A DNA stretch of 64,000 nt from Psilocybe cubensis. Taxonomy: Eukaryota. Numbering within the stretch: position 1 is the first letter of the stretch; each line of letters begins with the position of its first letter. The stretch spans positions 62,001-126,000 of the forward strand of contig JAFIQS020000014.1 in NCBI GenBank assembly GCA_017499595.2, given 5' to 3'. Of this stretch, positions 1-13,087 are shown piece by piece. Under the pieces are notes generated by a model that was not told the DNA's origin, ran no database searches, and worked only from the letters and a program-made list of their open reading frames with translations. The translations under genes and the position numbers were made by a program.

Positions 1-1531
1 ATCTGTCAGTCTACAAACTATGCCTGGAGTGCTCGTTAAACTTGCCTTTTAATGTGTCCTTAGTGAGCTCTTAGACTCTGAGAGTAATTATGTAGGGGAA
101 TTTGTAGCAATAGACAGATAATCATGATGAAGTGTAATACAAGCAGGGCATTGGAGGCCTCCAATGGATTTTGTTATGATGGAGCATTATGTGTGTAGCA
201 AAAAAACAGCAGTGATGGGACGATTGAGTGTAGATTGCATAGGTTCAGCATTGAGTGCCTTTATTGTGCTTTATCAGCAACCTTTGACATCATCTGTTTC
301 GTCTGCTTAGTGTACTCGACAGCATCTCTCTACAGCTATAAAACATCCTTATTGTTCATGTGCCATACGATACGAAGCTGCTATAGCTCCCATAATTTCT
401 TTTCTCACCATGTGCTTCTGCGTCGTCGGCTAGAGATTCATAATCTCGCACCGGTAAAATTCCGTCTAGTAAACCCAGACCCCATTCTTCGGACGACTGA
501 ATACTTGTATTTGGCAGAGAAGCATGAACAACACGTACAGTTCCAAAAAATCTGGATACCAATGTCACCACTCTCGATACACGTCGTTTTGCACCTAAAA
601 TGTCCCAACGCAGAAAGACAATTGTCAATAACTATCATTATTGGCCGGCCCACTCATATCCAGGGGTACAAACAGTTGCATGTGCATGAGCTGGAGAGGA
701 CGAGCATACCTTAGGCATGGATCTAGGCCTGTGTTCTCCTCCCGCTTCTACTGGAACCACGTATTCCCAAAGCAGGACGGTAGAAAGCCAATCACGAATA
801 TAAACTTTATGTTCTTGCCATTCCGTGGATGTACTAAAGCATGCGCAAGCGTGGCGGGCAGACGTTGGCGGTGATGCTTACACACTCAACAACAATGACA
901 TACCTCAAATGTTAACTTACTACATCAATGTACTCCTATCAGCTTTCTCCCACAACATTTAGTGCTTATAGGTGAAGCGTCAGTTACAGCCGTCCGTTTA
1001 AAACCATCGAGGAAGGGTTGTTGATGTCCAACTCGAGAAACCCCTGAATCGTGTTCCCGGCTGTTCCCGGCCTACCTCATTCGCCCTTGCAAACAACAAG
1101 GCCAAATAAAAGCGACTTTCCTCTCTTCTTCCACCTCGCCTCCACCCACCCGCACGACAACGATACTCAACACAGCCCAAACTCATCGACCGTCAACGGA
1201 ATAACTAAAATTATTTCCCATGTACCGAACTGAAGTTGCTCCAATAGCGATTACATGCATCCGGGCGTGCGAGCATGCAGGGGCAAGTTGGGAGAGTGTA
1301 AGCAAGGGTGCGGTCCAGGAACTAAGAGGACGGTAAGTCTTTTAAAACTTCGTCGAATATATTCACAGCTTTGTACCCCCATATACTACGTCTAATATGC
1401 TAATACATCCCATTTCCTCTCCCTGCCTCCCTGCCTCCCTGCCTCCCCACTATCCATGCCCAACCACCAACGAGGGAGATATGGACGTCAGGAAGACGCA
1501 GATTTTGTGATTCTCTGCGTCGGACTTGGTC

Positions 1532-1919
1532 AATCCTGGGAGTCTATTATAAATGCCTTTGGTGGGTGTGTATGGCTTAGCAAGGTTATGATGGATGGCT
1601 GGCGGCACGGTGCTACGGTGCACACTCACTCTTCTTGGCGTCTGGGAAGTCATTCAGTGGCATTTTATTTCCTCTGGACTTCTCAGCTGGTGTTACCGCT
1701 TCCGCTTTGTAGAGTTTCTGCTCAGGAGACCCGCAGATATCACGTTGGTCTTAAAAATGCGCATTTGGGTACGTCTCTGTCGTGCTTGTTCGTAATTCTG
1801 GATGTAGGGCATGCGTATATGCGCCTGATTTGGATCTATGGTGCCTGCTTGATGTTTGTTTCTTGAACAGTCTGTTGGTTCTCTTAGGATATAATCCCGC
1901 TCATTGTATTCGTGCTGGT
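1532..1919 (+). repeat. Dispersed ~380-bp repeat, copy A (copy B at 32968-33337)
   Basis: Colinear similarity from AATCCTGGGAGTCTAT...GGTGGGTGTGTATGGCTTA to CTCATTGTATTC(G/A)TGCTG in both copies, with scattered substitutions and indels. Confidence 0.85.
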
Positions 1920-2948
1920 GGAGTGGCTCTTTTGGTAATCTGCACCTAGTATCCGTCCAGAATAACGCTGAGACACCTTGGAAGCATGTCATTCCTCTCC
2001 CATCACTCCCTTCTTACCCAGCGGATCAAAAACGCTGGCTAAGGCAAGTACTTCGCCTGCTCTCGCACCTGCGAAAGCCTCGTCTCCAAGCCGACGGAAG
2101 ACTGAGGCGATGCGTTTTCTGTGGTCAGAGAGCGAAGGTCGGTCGTATGCGTGAACTTCTCGAGGGCACCGTGGGTTCACAGAGCGAGCACCCGTACGCG
2201 TGCACGGGAAGATTCCTCGCGGGTGTAGTCATTCGACCCACCTATAGCATGGTTGCACAGTTGACGGTGTGGCCTCCTTGTATATATTCTTGCTCGTCTT
2301 GAGTTATCTCCCAAATCACCCCACATTGAGTCTGTATCACTAACAACCACATACATATGGATGGTATGCCGTCTGTCTCTTACTTCTTTTCCCTATCAAT
2401 GGTTTAACATCTAAGGTCCAATCTATATGTTGACTGCGAAGTAGGAACATAACCCTTGATGTAGCCCGTGGCCATGAAATATAAATACACCTATATGAAA
2501 TAAACGATTGCACAATCACATTAGTACGGTGGAAATAGGACATGAGGTGGAATGATCAGTCATTTCCGCGCGACTGTGTTCAACTGATACCAGAGTCTTC
2601 ACGCCTTCAGCTTCACCAGGAGAATACGATGGAACCGTCTCCATCTTATTTATTCTTAACAAACCTTTGAGAATGTACACCATAAGAGCCGAGGTACTCC
2701 ATGTGCACACCTTTAAGCTAACAGCTCACCCATGAACATTCGGATAAACAGACGACCGCACCGAGGCCGCAGCTCAAGCCGGCAGTAACACGTAGCCTTG
2801 CTGGCACTGTCTTGAGATAAGAGCCACGGTGATCGTGGGACACCTGCTGCGAACGGTCTTTCGGCTGTTCACATTGAATTTTTATCAACGTCGACAGTTG
2901 GGCGGTAAGAGCACAGTAGATGACGTGATCAGTTCGAAATACTGGACT

Positions 2949-4089
2949 TACCCGCCATTCTGTACAAGGTTATGCTGTGCTCAATCCAGGATACTTCTTC
3001 ATGATAAATAATTCTATTTGCTCTAGGGTTGCCCTATGCCCGTCATGGCAGTAAATTGTCAACATAGCTACCTGAGGTCTGGTGAAGTCACTCCAAGGGT
3101 CCGGCCCTTGAGGCCTTGCGTCTTTCAGTTCAATATTGTCCGCAATTCTGAGATTCAAACAAACAACCCTATCTGTAACCCCTGCTGATGTCAGAGAGTT
3201 AATCTCGTCGGGGGTTAACTCTCCCTTGGTTCGCTGAGAGAATGCACTTGTTCTTCGCACAGCGGTTTTTGCCACCTGACTAGCATCTGGTTGGTGCGTT
3301 TTACGGACCAGGGAGGAGGTACCTCTCTTCCGATGAGGAACCTGAGGAGTATCACAGTCTGTCAGTCTATGATCTGACGCAACAGGTGAAATAGTAAAAC
3401 TTACCTTCAATGACTTATTACCTCCAAATGAGAGTTTGGGCTCTAACGTGGTCGATATCGAGACGTTTGAGGAAGAGGTGGTTATAGGAACACATGGAGA
3501 AGAAAGGGCACACAGCGCTATATGCGCAGAAGGCGCCAATGGGCTTATTGACACAGCGGTGTAGAAGGCCGGGTACGGCAGACTGTAGACATATGAAGGG
3601 GCATAATGTATATTCTTCACCACAGAGAACACAATCAGTGATTGTTTCAATGATACAAAATATGTCATACCGCGGGTCTAGGCCATACGCTCTGTTCGAG
3701 TGCACCTCTGTAGACAGCAGCAGTAAAGCTGTGTGACACCTGCCGTCCAGCGGGTGTACCGCTCTCAATATTGGATTTACTGGGGTATCGGGGTCTTCGT
3801 CATAATTGATATATTGCTCCATTTCCCGAAATCCTTCCTCCATCTGCACATCGACGGACACTGGTAGGTCCAGTGGGGAGCCCGAGTCACCAAGCTGATC
3901 GTTTTCTACGTCTGTAAGATTAAAGCTGCTGTACGTGGCAGCCATGGCATATTCGGCTGGATCCTCTGAATCGAACCACATATCTTCCTGCGTGTTCAAG
4001 ATCTCTGACTCCGCCTGCGGTGAAGGTAGAGTTTCATGAAGCTCGGAGGTAGAGGCGTAGCTGTAAGGATGTGTATAGCTGGATGACAT
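2949..4089 (-). pseudogene. Divergent forkhead (winged-helix) transcription factor paralogue 1, disrupted
   Basis: DPWSDFTRPQVAMLTIYCHDGHRATLEQIELFIMKKYP aligns with the forkhead helices of the gene at 54607. In-frame TAA at 2970-2972 precedes the conserved WR|gtaagt donor; an upstream frameshift is apparent; the final exon was not found. Confidence 0.7.
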
Positions 4090-4599
4090 GGTTGGTATAT
4101 TTTGCGATAGCTGTTAATCAAGTAGGGGAGCACAGGAATAAGAAACGACTCAAAGATGAGGAGTGGAAGGGTAGCGTTGATGATGCGGAGTGGCTCAGTC
4201 CCTGAGAAAATACGGAGTCTAAAACGAGTTCCTATTAGTGAGTTTAGGCAATCTGCCAGCCTAAAGGATAACTCGTCAACCACAGGAACCCATTGTTTCC
4301 TTCTCACATTTCTCACGCGTGCATTATCACAATCCAATCAACGCTCTGCAAGGATGCTTCCTGACACACTGCAGCTAACATGATACAGAAAATTAAAAGC
4401 TTTCATCATTCATATGGTGCTCCTACACATATAATTTCCTGTAAAGGTTGATGAGAGTATAGACATATACTGTATACGAAGGATGAACCTCATTGTGATG
4501 ATCTGATATGACTTTGGTGCATACGCCTCGAGGTAAGGACATTAAACGGAGGATATATCCTAAAATATCAAGAAGAAAAACATACTCCGAAGTTCCAAG

Positions 4600-5300
4600 C
4601 TTCCAAGCACGCGTCTTCTTGTTCAAAATACGTACAGCTGTTGATGTATCAAGGGCAGTAGCTGACCCACAACTCATTTTTAGAACACGCGACGTGTGAT
4701 ATAAGTCGATCCCTTAATTTAGATGCCATTCATCGTTTACGAGACGTATTTCGTTAAATCTATTATAACAACACCTCTGTGAGAGGTAGTGCAAACTTAA
4801 AATGAGAGGTTTGATTGAAAATCTACCTGCAATTAGACGCCCACGGACGAGTATTTCAAACCGGAGAACCTCGCTGATCCATCGACATCAGCGCACCTGG
4901 CAATACCTCCGCCTTATATCCAATCAAAATCAAGATTGGTAACATGCCTCCTGATCTGCGTCCGATATAAAATAGGCAGGTCCAGTCATTCGGCCTCCGT
5001 CTAATGAGCCGCTAGTTTTCTCCCTGCGCACAGACCGTTTCCGATGGGAAACTTCTTCCTGGTTGAGGGTGTGTTCAGGGTTCATTTCACTGAACGCGCC
5101 AATAATATTGCATCCCGGAGCGCTCCATCCATGCGCGCTGGCGAAGCATACGAGCGTGTGACATGTCCGCTGAGCTGAGATTCTCGGGACAATAAAAGTA
5201 TAATGACTTTAATTTTCACCACTCCTCTTGAAGTACCCGTACCTCGGGTCTTATCTAAACGCTTTGCAAGCGCCCAGCTCGCGTCACGGATCTTCATCCG
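4600..5300 (-). promoter_or_regulatory. Conserved upstream non-coding region shared with forkhead paralogue 3
   Basis: 4664-4687 is the exact reverse complement of 54175-54198 (24 bp). Further blocks near 5110-5150 and 5225-5300 match 53750-53790 and 52030-52100. Confidence 0.6.
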
Positions 5301-5399
5301 CGCAGGGAAGTTGGTTCCATCTCAGAGACAGTGGACAATAGTTACCCCAGCTTTTTCGGATGTTGAGTAAGACAACCGTCTCATTCTCCCTCTACATTG

Positions 5400-6490
5400 C
5401 GCCTATGGACTAATGGCAGCGCATTTGTGCAATGGGTGGATGTACCAGACATACCTTTCTCTTGTTCCCTGTGAACAAAGCATCCGCAGGGTAGTCGGAC
5501 CCTTCTCCGACGCCTCGGTGGAGCCACCCAACAAGCCTAGGACGAAAAATCAGAAGATCTATATTCCCAAAGGAGTTGTGGAATACCTCGACCAATGACA
5601 TGAGAACTTACTCACAGTAATTAGCATCGGACCGAATCTCACATTATCGAGTCATGAGGAAACCCTAACCCACCACATATCTATCCTTGACATGATTTCT
5701 GGCGCTGATTAATGTTTCATTGGTGTGCAGGATACCTCGGTGAGCTCCAAGATGTTGACGAAGTCTTTGATGTGCGGCCAAACCCGGATCGGAGAGTAAA
5801 ATGAATGATCGGCGAGTGGCAATCATTGGCTGCCAGCGCGCAACTGCCATGGACGAGAAGACGGTAAGAAAATGCCCTATCACTTTCAAACGGCACTGAC
5901 ACACCTTGCCATCACGACTCGCCCCTTCCTCCCCACCCTGAAGCACTGTCTGCGGGTTACTTGTCACTCCTCTCGCCGCTCTAAATCGTCCTCCATGACC
6001 TGTGCATACTAACAAGATAAACGATGGTAAGTGCTAACACAGCGGCGAAAGCAGTTACTCACGGAATTTAATCTATCCCACAGAACACCATTACCCACTC
6101 ACTGTGGTCTCTGACGTTCCCCAACCCCAATTTCGATGCACAAGGCCGAAAACATGCTGTCAACGTTGTTCATTATCTCCCACCACACCGTACAATCACC
6201 CTCACATCCGTATTGTCCTGGCTTCTGTCTTGTGAGCGGGTTTCTAGGCCTCTTCTGCCCTGTAACCCGGATTCGTTACTCTGTAGTCACTGGGTTTCGG
6301 ACGAATTTCCGGAAGGACGGAGGTGGATTGGGCAGGGAGACCCTGGATCTCCTATTATTACCTTTCATTGGTCACCGGTACCAAGTGGAATTGGGGAAGG
6401 AATAGGTACGTACAGAGTTTATTCTCGACGGGTCCTGCTCATAAACTTCAAGTATCATCATATCTTAGTGAGATGGTCTAGGAGACGTTG
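5400..6490 (-). pseudogene. Highly degenerate gene remnant, possibly fungal-type protein kinase (FunK1)
   Basis: Fragment HRGILH...ISARN...GFLM resembles the FunK1 GILHRDIS.GN...GFLID region; many stops and frameshifts. Confidence 0.25.
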
Positions 6491-7837
6491 AAATAGCCAC
6501 AGATCACATCTCAGCTGCGTATCCGTTTCCGTGCTGCTCTTGTCTACGTCTCATGGGATTCCGCCGAACCCTTATTACCATATTCAGTACCCTGATGAGC
6601 ACAGAGCTTTATAATTACATCAGAAGGTTGATTTGAACACAACCCAGGCACCGTGAGTTTTGTGGAATTATTTTCTTCGTTTCGTTGTGTCTCTCGCCTT
6701 CAGGAGCCTGCATGCATGCATGCATGTCTCCTTGCATCCTCCAAATCCGCAGCTCCTCTACGGAATCCCGTCTTGTGTCATCACGATAATATCCTTCTCT
6801 CACTCGGACTTTGGCACGCGGTTGCTGGTAGTTCTGCGTCCGCTCCATTGGCAGTTGTCCTGTGTTGGAAGGTTATATGTTGTCTTTTCAGGATCACACA
6901 GACGGGTTGTACAGGGTGCGTGTCTATGGATTCCATTCCATGTTGTCAACACCTCTTGTATTTGTCCAATATCATTATGTCGGGTATATATAACCATGCA
7001 AACGCATGTACAGACTCGTATCCATTTTTCCGACCCTCTGCTTAAATATAAGGGTTTGTAATGGAATAAGTGTAATGGACTCATCATAATATACAACGTA
7101 TCTTTGTTGTGTACTCTGTTGTGTGCTATAAACCATGGCCCATTGTTGGTCGAGATCAAGGTCTCAAAATAGATGTGTGTGATTGTTCCATCAGCCGAAG
7201 TGACAAGTACGGGAGCACTCGAAAAGAAGCACCTATATACACCAATCACACCACTAAAATCTGAGCCCCGTGGCTCTGCACGGGTAACATTTATATCAGC
7301 GAGAAAGAGCGCTCGAGTTTTATTTGGTTCAAGAACAATGAGGAATATTTACAACACAAGTGAATTAATCACACAAGTTTAAGAATAGACGTTGTATCCA
7401 GTTCCGTAGGGAGGATAAAAAGACACTCTGCACCTCTACGCATCCTCAACCGTACCAACTGGATGCCCTCCCACCATCCTGAAAAGCCCATGTACCGGCG
7501 TTCCAAAGCACTGCTGCCAATGCTTAACCACCGTCTATTGGACCAAATACGCTCGTTATCTGTCTATAGCTACATCCCTTTTGCATACCCCCACTAAACT
7601 CGAAGCGGGATAACCCCTTCGTTTATACGTAGGATGCGATTGAAACTGGATACACCTAGAGTGTAAGTCACATCCTAGTCCGCGTTTATTGACTTTATAT
7701 TGACGATGAACTAAGGCAGTCAGTCCACATTCATATGATGACATTAACCACTTCCTGGATCGACAGGACTGCAGGGATCGGGATCTAGAGTTTTAAGCAA
7801 ATGTATAATCCATACCGGGCATACAGAATTTACCTTG

Positions 7838-7897
7838 CAGGGTAAGCGAGGGAAGCGAGGGAAGTGCAGGGGACGTGCAGGGGACGTGCGCGGAAGT
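7838..7897 (+). repeat. Left subterminal repeats (GGGAAGCGA/GGGAAGTGCA-like)
   Basis: Short tandem motifs directly inside the left TIR. Confidence 0.85.
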
Positions 7898-8357
7898 ACA
7901 TATTAGACATTGCAAATAAATCAGTTTTTCGGAGTGTTTGATGTATCTGCAAGTCGTACCGTATGTTTCTGCCTCTGAAGGACTGTGGGACGTGTTGTAT
8001 GAACAAAAATCAACCCAATTTTTATTTCGATGGTAGAGTGTCACATGTGACATACACCTTTGACGATGCACCAACGTCAAAAGCGCCATTTTGTCACTCG
8101 GACAGTCATTACATCTAGTACTATAGTCTCTGTAAAGTATAACTGGATTAATTTATAGTCAAAAACATATACCATTTGCATGAGAAAGCACATAGAACCA
8201 CTCAAGATATGTAACCTCTGATGTGGCAACAAAGGCTTATGGCCGACGCAACGAGTATGCCATGTGCCACAACCATGGGCGCTTATTGTATGTTTGTTCA
8301 ATCCCAACTCTTCTATGGGTCTATTCACTCAGAAAACATCATTAGGTTCAGCGTGAC

Positions 8358-8522
8358 ACTTGCACTTCCCGTGCACTTCCTGTGCACTTCCCTGCACTTC
8401 CCTGCACTTCCCTGCACTTCCCTTGCACTTCCCAACGGATAATTATGCCTATGCACGTCCAGCGCACTTCCCATGCACTTCCCTGCACTTCCCTGCACTT
8501 CCCTGCACTTCCCTGCACTTCC
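8358..8522 (+). repeat. Internal array of 10-bp TGCACTTCCC, inverted relative to the left terminal repeats
   Basis: Two tandem blocks (about 8361-8432 and 8463-8522) seen directly. Confidence 0.92.
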
Positions 8523-8732
8523 GATTCAAATTCAAGTGTAAAGACCTTTTATTCCTGTTTGACGCAACTCATAGCTATTTTTGGTGTTTGAGATCAGTTG
8601 GGCCTTATATGCCTCCGCAAATCCACGTTCGTAAATCATATACTTCCGTTTTATCGATGGATATTGATGAAATGATAACAAAACGAGGGCCTCTTGTTCT
8701 AAATCATTTAGATATATCGAATAAGTGCTCAG

Positions 8733-10261
8733 ATGTCGTTCTTGGTAAGAGATTACTCTGCTATTATAATTAACCTTTGTTCAATCCCTTTCAACAGAAA
8801 TTTATTAAACATCTTATCAATTATTTCGACGAAAATGAACCTTATACATCCAAGAGGAAGCGCTCTCCGAGTGAAGACTCAAGTGAAGAGACAAGAAATC
8901 CACCCCTCTATATTAAGGACTCAAAGGGTGACGCTCTTAATTGTTCTTAACTCATTGATCTATAACACTTCTATACAAACAAGGTCGGTTTGTTCGATAT
9001 ACACCCAGTTCCGAAGGCATGAAAAAGCCATTGGGTGAACCGAAGACCGAAGGTATGTAGTAATGCCTTTAAAACTGTGCATTAGATGCATTAACCATGT
9101 CATTAGTGGCTCGTGAGATTGTATCCAAGTCGTTTGTTCACCCGCTTCTCCGAAAGCAAACAATCAAAGATACAGGACCTATGATTGCGCCTACCAATGA
9201 CACGGAACAGCTTCCCATCAACTGGGATGGCTGGCCCGATGGATACATTGAATTAGACCTCTCCCATGCCGAGTTTTCGGCAACTAAACAGTTGATGTAT
9301 CATTGGGCGTACACCGTATCAGGAGGCTATAAATCCGGGCTCGAAGACCCTAATGCTGATCGTTGGGAGGACGGAAAGCAATCTACACGAAAATGCTGCG
9401 GAGTTATTCTGTGCACCAATAAAGATTGCACAATTGTTGTTCGTCCAAACACCAAGGAAACTGCGTTTAAACATCAGGTAAGTCGTGAATTAGATGTGTT
9501 CGCATTTCATGTCAATTTACCAAATTTTACCAAATTTTTAGCTCCAAAAAAAATGTGTATGTGGAGCGCGTTTGTACCACGAGAAATGCGAAATACGAGC
9601 AACTCTATGGAAGTGGGCTGGTGGTATCCATTATGTTCATCCTGGATTTCATTCCCACCAACGCCTTACACATATCCTTCACATTACTCAAGCAGAAGAA
9701 TCTCGCTTCATCGAGATTGTAACTGCAAACAAAGACATTGGTCCTCTGGGCTTAATCGTTGGAGTCCCGACAAAAAATGGCCCCGGTGAATCTGTCGCAG
9801 ACATTTCGGATGTTTATTTGAATCGTGATCGAGTTCAGAAGGATCGCCTCAAGATTTGTGGTCGCTCGTCTCAGACTGCTCAAGCACTCTTCCAGGCCTT
9901 TACCGAATTTTCCAAAAAGTTTCCCAACTTTGTAATCCACTCCGAGTTCATGAACGAAGTCGTCATATCTGTTCAAACAGATTTCATGCGCTCGCAACTT
10001 GTCAAATTGGATGCCCTTGACGAGGCAGTCAACGGTACAGTCAATGATGCTGCACACGGTTGGTGGAAGGAACGTCAATGGGTCTTGATTATCTCGTCAA
10101 CCTATTGTCCAGTGCTTCTATGCTGGGTACCCGGAGTCATGTCGTTCAGCAATGGGCAAAGCACTCAGCATTTCAAGTATCATTTCATTGCTGTCTTTCA
10201 AAGCATTATTCGCGAAGCAAAGGAGAAGGATATTCCTGTTTCGCACTCAATGTTTGCTGGA
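8733..10261 (+). CDS. GCM-domain MULE transposase, 5' exons
   Basis: Spliced MSFL|KFIKH...; GCM motifs INWDGWPDG, RKCCGVILCTNKDCTIVVRP, CVCGARLYHEKC...WKW...GFHSH; first candidate catalytic Asp in VNDAAHGW; ends MFAG|gtacgt at 10262. Confidence 0.85.
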
Positions 10262-10608
10262 GTACGTCACTGAGACATACTAGTATCGTTGGTTCCATCA
10301 GTAAATCCGGATTTTCGGAGGTAACTCAACGTATTGTCCTGCCAACCGGATGTAGCATCAAAGTGGGCTGTAGACAGTATAGCGTCATGTGTCATCGGCG
10401 GGATGCTCCGTTGAGCTCTGTAGCATTCCAACATTACTACTGCGAGCTTTGGATTTTCCTAGCTATCTCTATGTACGATTCCAGACTTAGGAGAGTTTGA
10501 TGTCCAATGTGATTGGTCTCAGTAAAGCTCTTCAATCATATCAAGCAATAAAATGTACATTTTTAAAGGCAATTAAGTGTCTATTTACAATGTAGTATCT
10601 TGACCCTA

Positions 10609-11159
10609 TTAATGATCCTGACATTCTCGTATGAGATCCTGCCCATTACTAAGAAAGTGTAGAAACAAAGTAGTTATCACTGTGACTCACCTCTACCGTT
10701 CGAATATGAATCTGGCCGTTGGCTATAATGGACATCCCTTGGGTCAATATGTGCTCGGGGCTGCCTGAGTCTGCATCCCGAAGTGTCTCCTCCTAGTTAT
10801 CTTAAGCAAGAGTATCAACTTGAAACTTGAAGAAACAGAAAACTCACGGCTCGTGCTTTGAGCCACTGGTCACCCTCGGTAATCTTGGCTTTAGCCAACG
10901 ATAGTAACCTTGGGTCCAGGGTGGTCCAGTTAATTTCGTTGAAAAGGGCCAGGATGGCCAGTATCAGCCTGTTCTCGGTCAAAAGGACCATTTTTTGGGT
11001 CTGCTCAACTAACTGAGCCATTTCCAAGTCGTATTGCTGTCTTTGAGAAGCAAGTGAGGCGGCCTCTGGGAAAGTTGTAGGATGTATTAGATCTGGGAAA
11101 GTAGGGGCCAATACTTCTGCTTCGATTCGTAAAATTTCCTCATAGCTGATGATTTGCAT
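10609..11159 (-). CDS. Small hypothetical helical protein, 3 exons (Plavaka cargo)
   Basis: MQIISYEEILRIEAE...KARA|EETLRDAD...RTVE|DLIRECQDH* with canonical GT-AG introns. Confidence 0.6.
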
Positions 11160-11403
11160 GGTGTGTGATACGCTCACTTTGTCGTAGTTGGAATTCAAGC
11201 TGAAAACAAACTTCGCGGGTATAAAAATTCTTCAGGGGTTCTGTATACGTAAAACAAAGTTCTATAGATTTTTCTAGGCTAGTCTAAGAAGATGCCTATC
11301 TAACTGAATGCGGGAGGAGCGCGCGTAGTGGTGGCAAGCAAAAGAGTGATTATTGAGAATGCGTACTACATGGCGCGGTCGTGAAAGTTGAAACTTATTG
11401 AGA

Positions 11404-13047
11404 CTATGTGGCAGTTGCAGCACTCTCACCAAAGGCGCATTTGCCGACCCAGAGTCGCCATTGCAAGGCTTGTGCGAGGGCACGTTCGCAGCGACCAATT
11501 TCACGAGGTGGGAGACCAGATAACCTTGCCCAAGCACGGTTAGAATAACACTTTTCTTGTGAAAATTTGGAGGCCAGGATGAGGGATGCCAGAAAGGCTC
11601 TACGGGGACACAGGAGGGGAGATGGCAAAGAAAGGGTGGTGGAAAGAGGAGCCGTTGAGACCTGCACATCTACGCTGGACAGAGAGTCTTGTGGATAGAT
11701 GCACGATTCAGCCAGATCTTGTGAACCAGAATCGGCAACACGGAATGTTTGCATAGAATTGTCAATGAAATTATTGATGATGTTGATCTTGCCGGAGTTC
11801 TCAAGAGCAGTAAGCTCAGCATCCATCGCCAGCTCTTCTGGGGTAGCTTTCTGAATACTGCTTTTGGGCTGAGCATAAGAGCGAATGCCGATGTTTTCCT
11901 CTTGCAAAATCTGTGGGACCTTGGGACGAATGGATTCTAGATAACATAGTGCTATCTGCAGTACGTTTTTAGATGTCCTTGAGTGGCGAAGGACTTTATA
12001 AACAAAAGACTTGAGGGGTAATATCTGATCGGATTTGGTGCCCGAGGCAAGCAAGAGGGTCGGGGAAGGGTTATGGCCGGATATGGAGGGATGACTGTTG
12101 TGTGGATGTATTGGATGTGTATGAGACGCTATGGATTGCAAATCGGAAGAGATCTGCTTGGAAGTTGGACGGGAATGAGTAGGAGGAAAAGAGCTACCCC
12201 CTACTTTGGCGGGGGGTAGGAACACGGAAGGAATATCCTGAGGGTGCCAGATCTCGGACAAGGTGCTGACAGCTTGATCTGCAATGGAATTTAAAAAATA
12301 AAGTGAGTATCTCCGGCAAGGTGGGCGCTAATTGAGGACAGGACGGACCGGCAAGCCTTGAAAAAAATTTTTGTTTAGAAGAAGAGGCGCTCTGGGAAGA
12401 ATCCTTTGGAATTTGCGCAGTGGTGGGTGGAATAGATGAGTGAGAACAACTTGATTCTGCAGAAATGAGACGGATGGAGGGGTATTCAGTAGGTAATGAT
12501 ACAGAGGCATGGCAGGTATGGATTGTGGGAGAGAGGCCAATGCTTTCCTCTTGCAAATTTTGGGAACCTTGGGACGAATGGCTTCGAGATAACATAGTGC
12601 TGTCTGCAGTATGTTTCCAGATGTCCTCAATCCTCAAAGGACTTCAGTGGGTAGAAATAGGGAGGGAATGTCTTGAGGGCGCCAGATCTCAGATAAGGTG
12701 CTGACAGCTTAATCTGCAATGGAATTGAAAAAATAAAGTGAGTATCTCCGGCAAGATGGGCGCTAATTGAGGACAGGACGGACCGACAAGACTGGAGGCG
12801 AATTTTTGTTTAGAGGAAGAGGCACTCTGGGAAGAATCCTTTGGAGTTTGGGCGGTGGTGAGCGGAAGATGAGCGAGAACGACTTGATTCTGCAGAGATG
12901 AGATGGATGGAGGGATATGCAGTAGGTGACGATGATACAGTGTGAGAAAGCGGGACTGGTGAGAAGCGGCTGTTGATATTGATCCGAGTCGTCTTTGTGT
13001 ACAACGAGGCCGGCGTGTTGGGTGATAATTTGAGTGGCAATGTGCAT
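11404..13047 (-). CDS. PHO80/Pcl-family cyclin-like protein (Plavaka cargo); 5' part partially duplicated and rearranged
   Basis: PLKSFVYKVLRHSRTSKNVLQIALCYL and SPLLCPRRAFLASLILASKFSQEKCYSNRAWARLSGLPPREIGRCERAL...LQWRLWV. Core ORF is 11404-12261; the true start is uncertain. Confidence 0.8.
12241..12930. repeat. Direct ~260-bp duplication (12241-12500 and 12676-12930) including an intron; 12540-12630 repeats 11890-11985
   Basis: Shared ...AAATAAAGTGAGTATCTCCGGCAAG...CTAATTGAGGACAGGACGGACCG; peptide ALCYLE.IRPKVP occurs twice. Confidence 0.88.
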
Positions 13048-13087
13048 TAGGGATTGAAAACTTTGTGGGTTTCCTGAGGTGGATATG

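Noticed and set aside
235-714. ORFs at the window start
   Set aside because: No recognisable motif in any frame; probably decayed sequence.
1420-1448. CCCTGCCT x3 microrepeat
   Set aside because: Ordinary short slippage repeat.
8221-8773. ORFs rich in ALPCTSLHFP
   Set aside because: Translation of the TGCACTTCCC subterminal array, not real genes.
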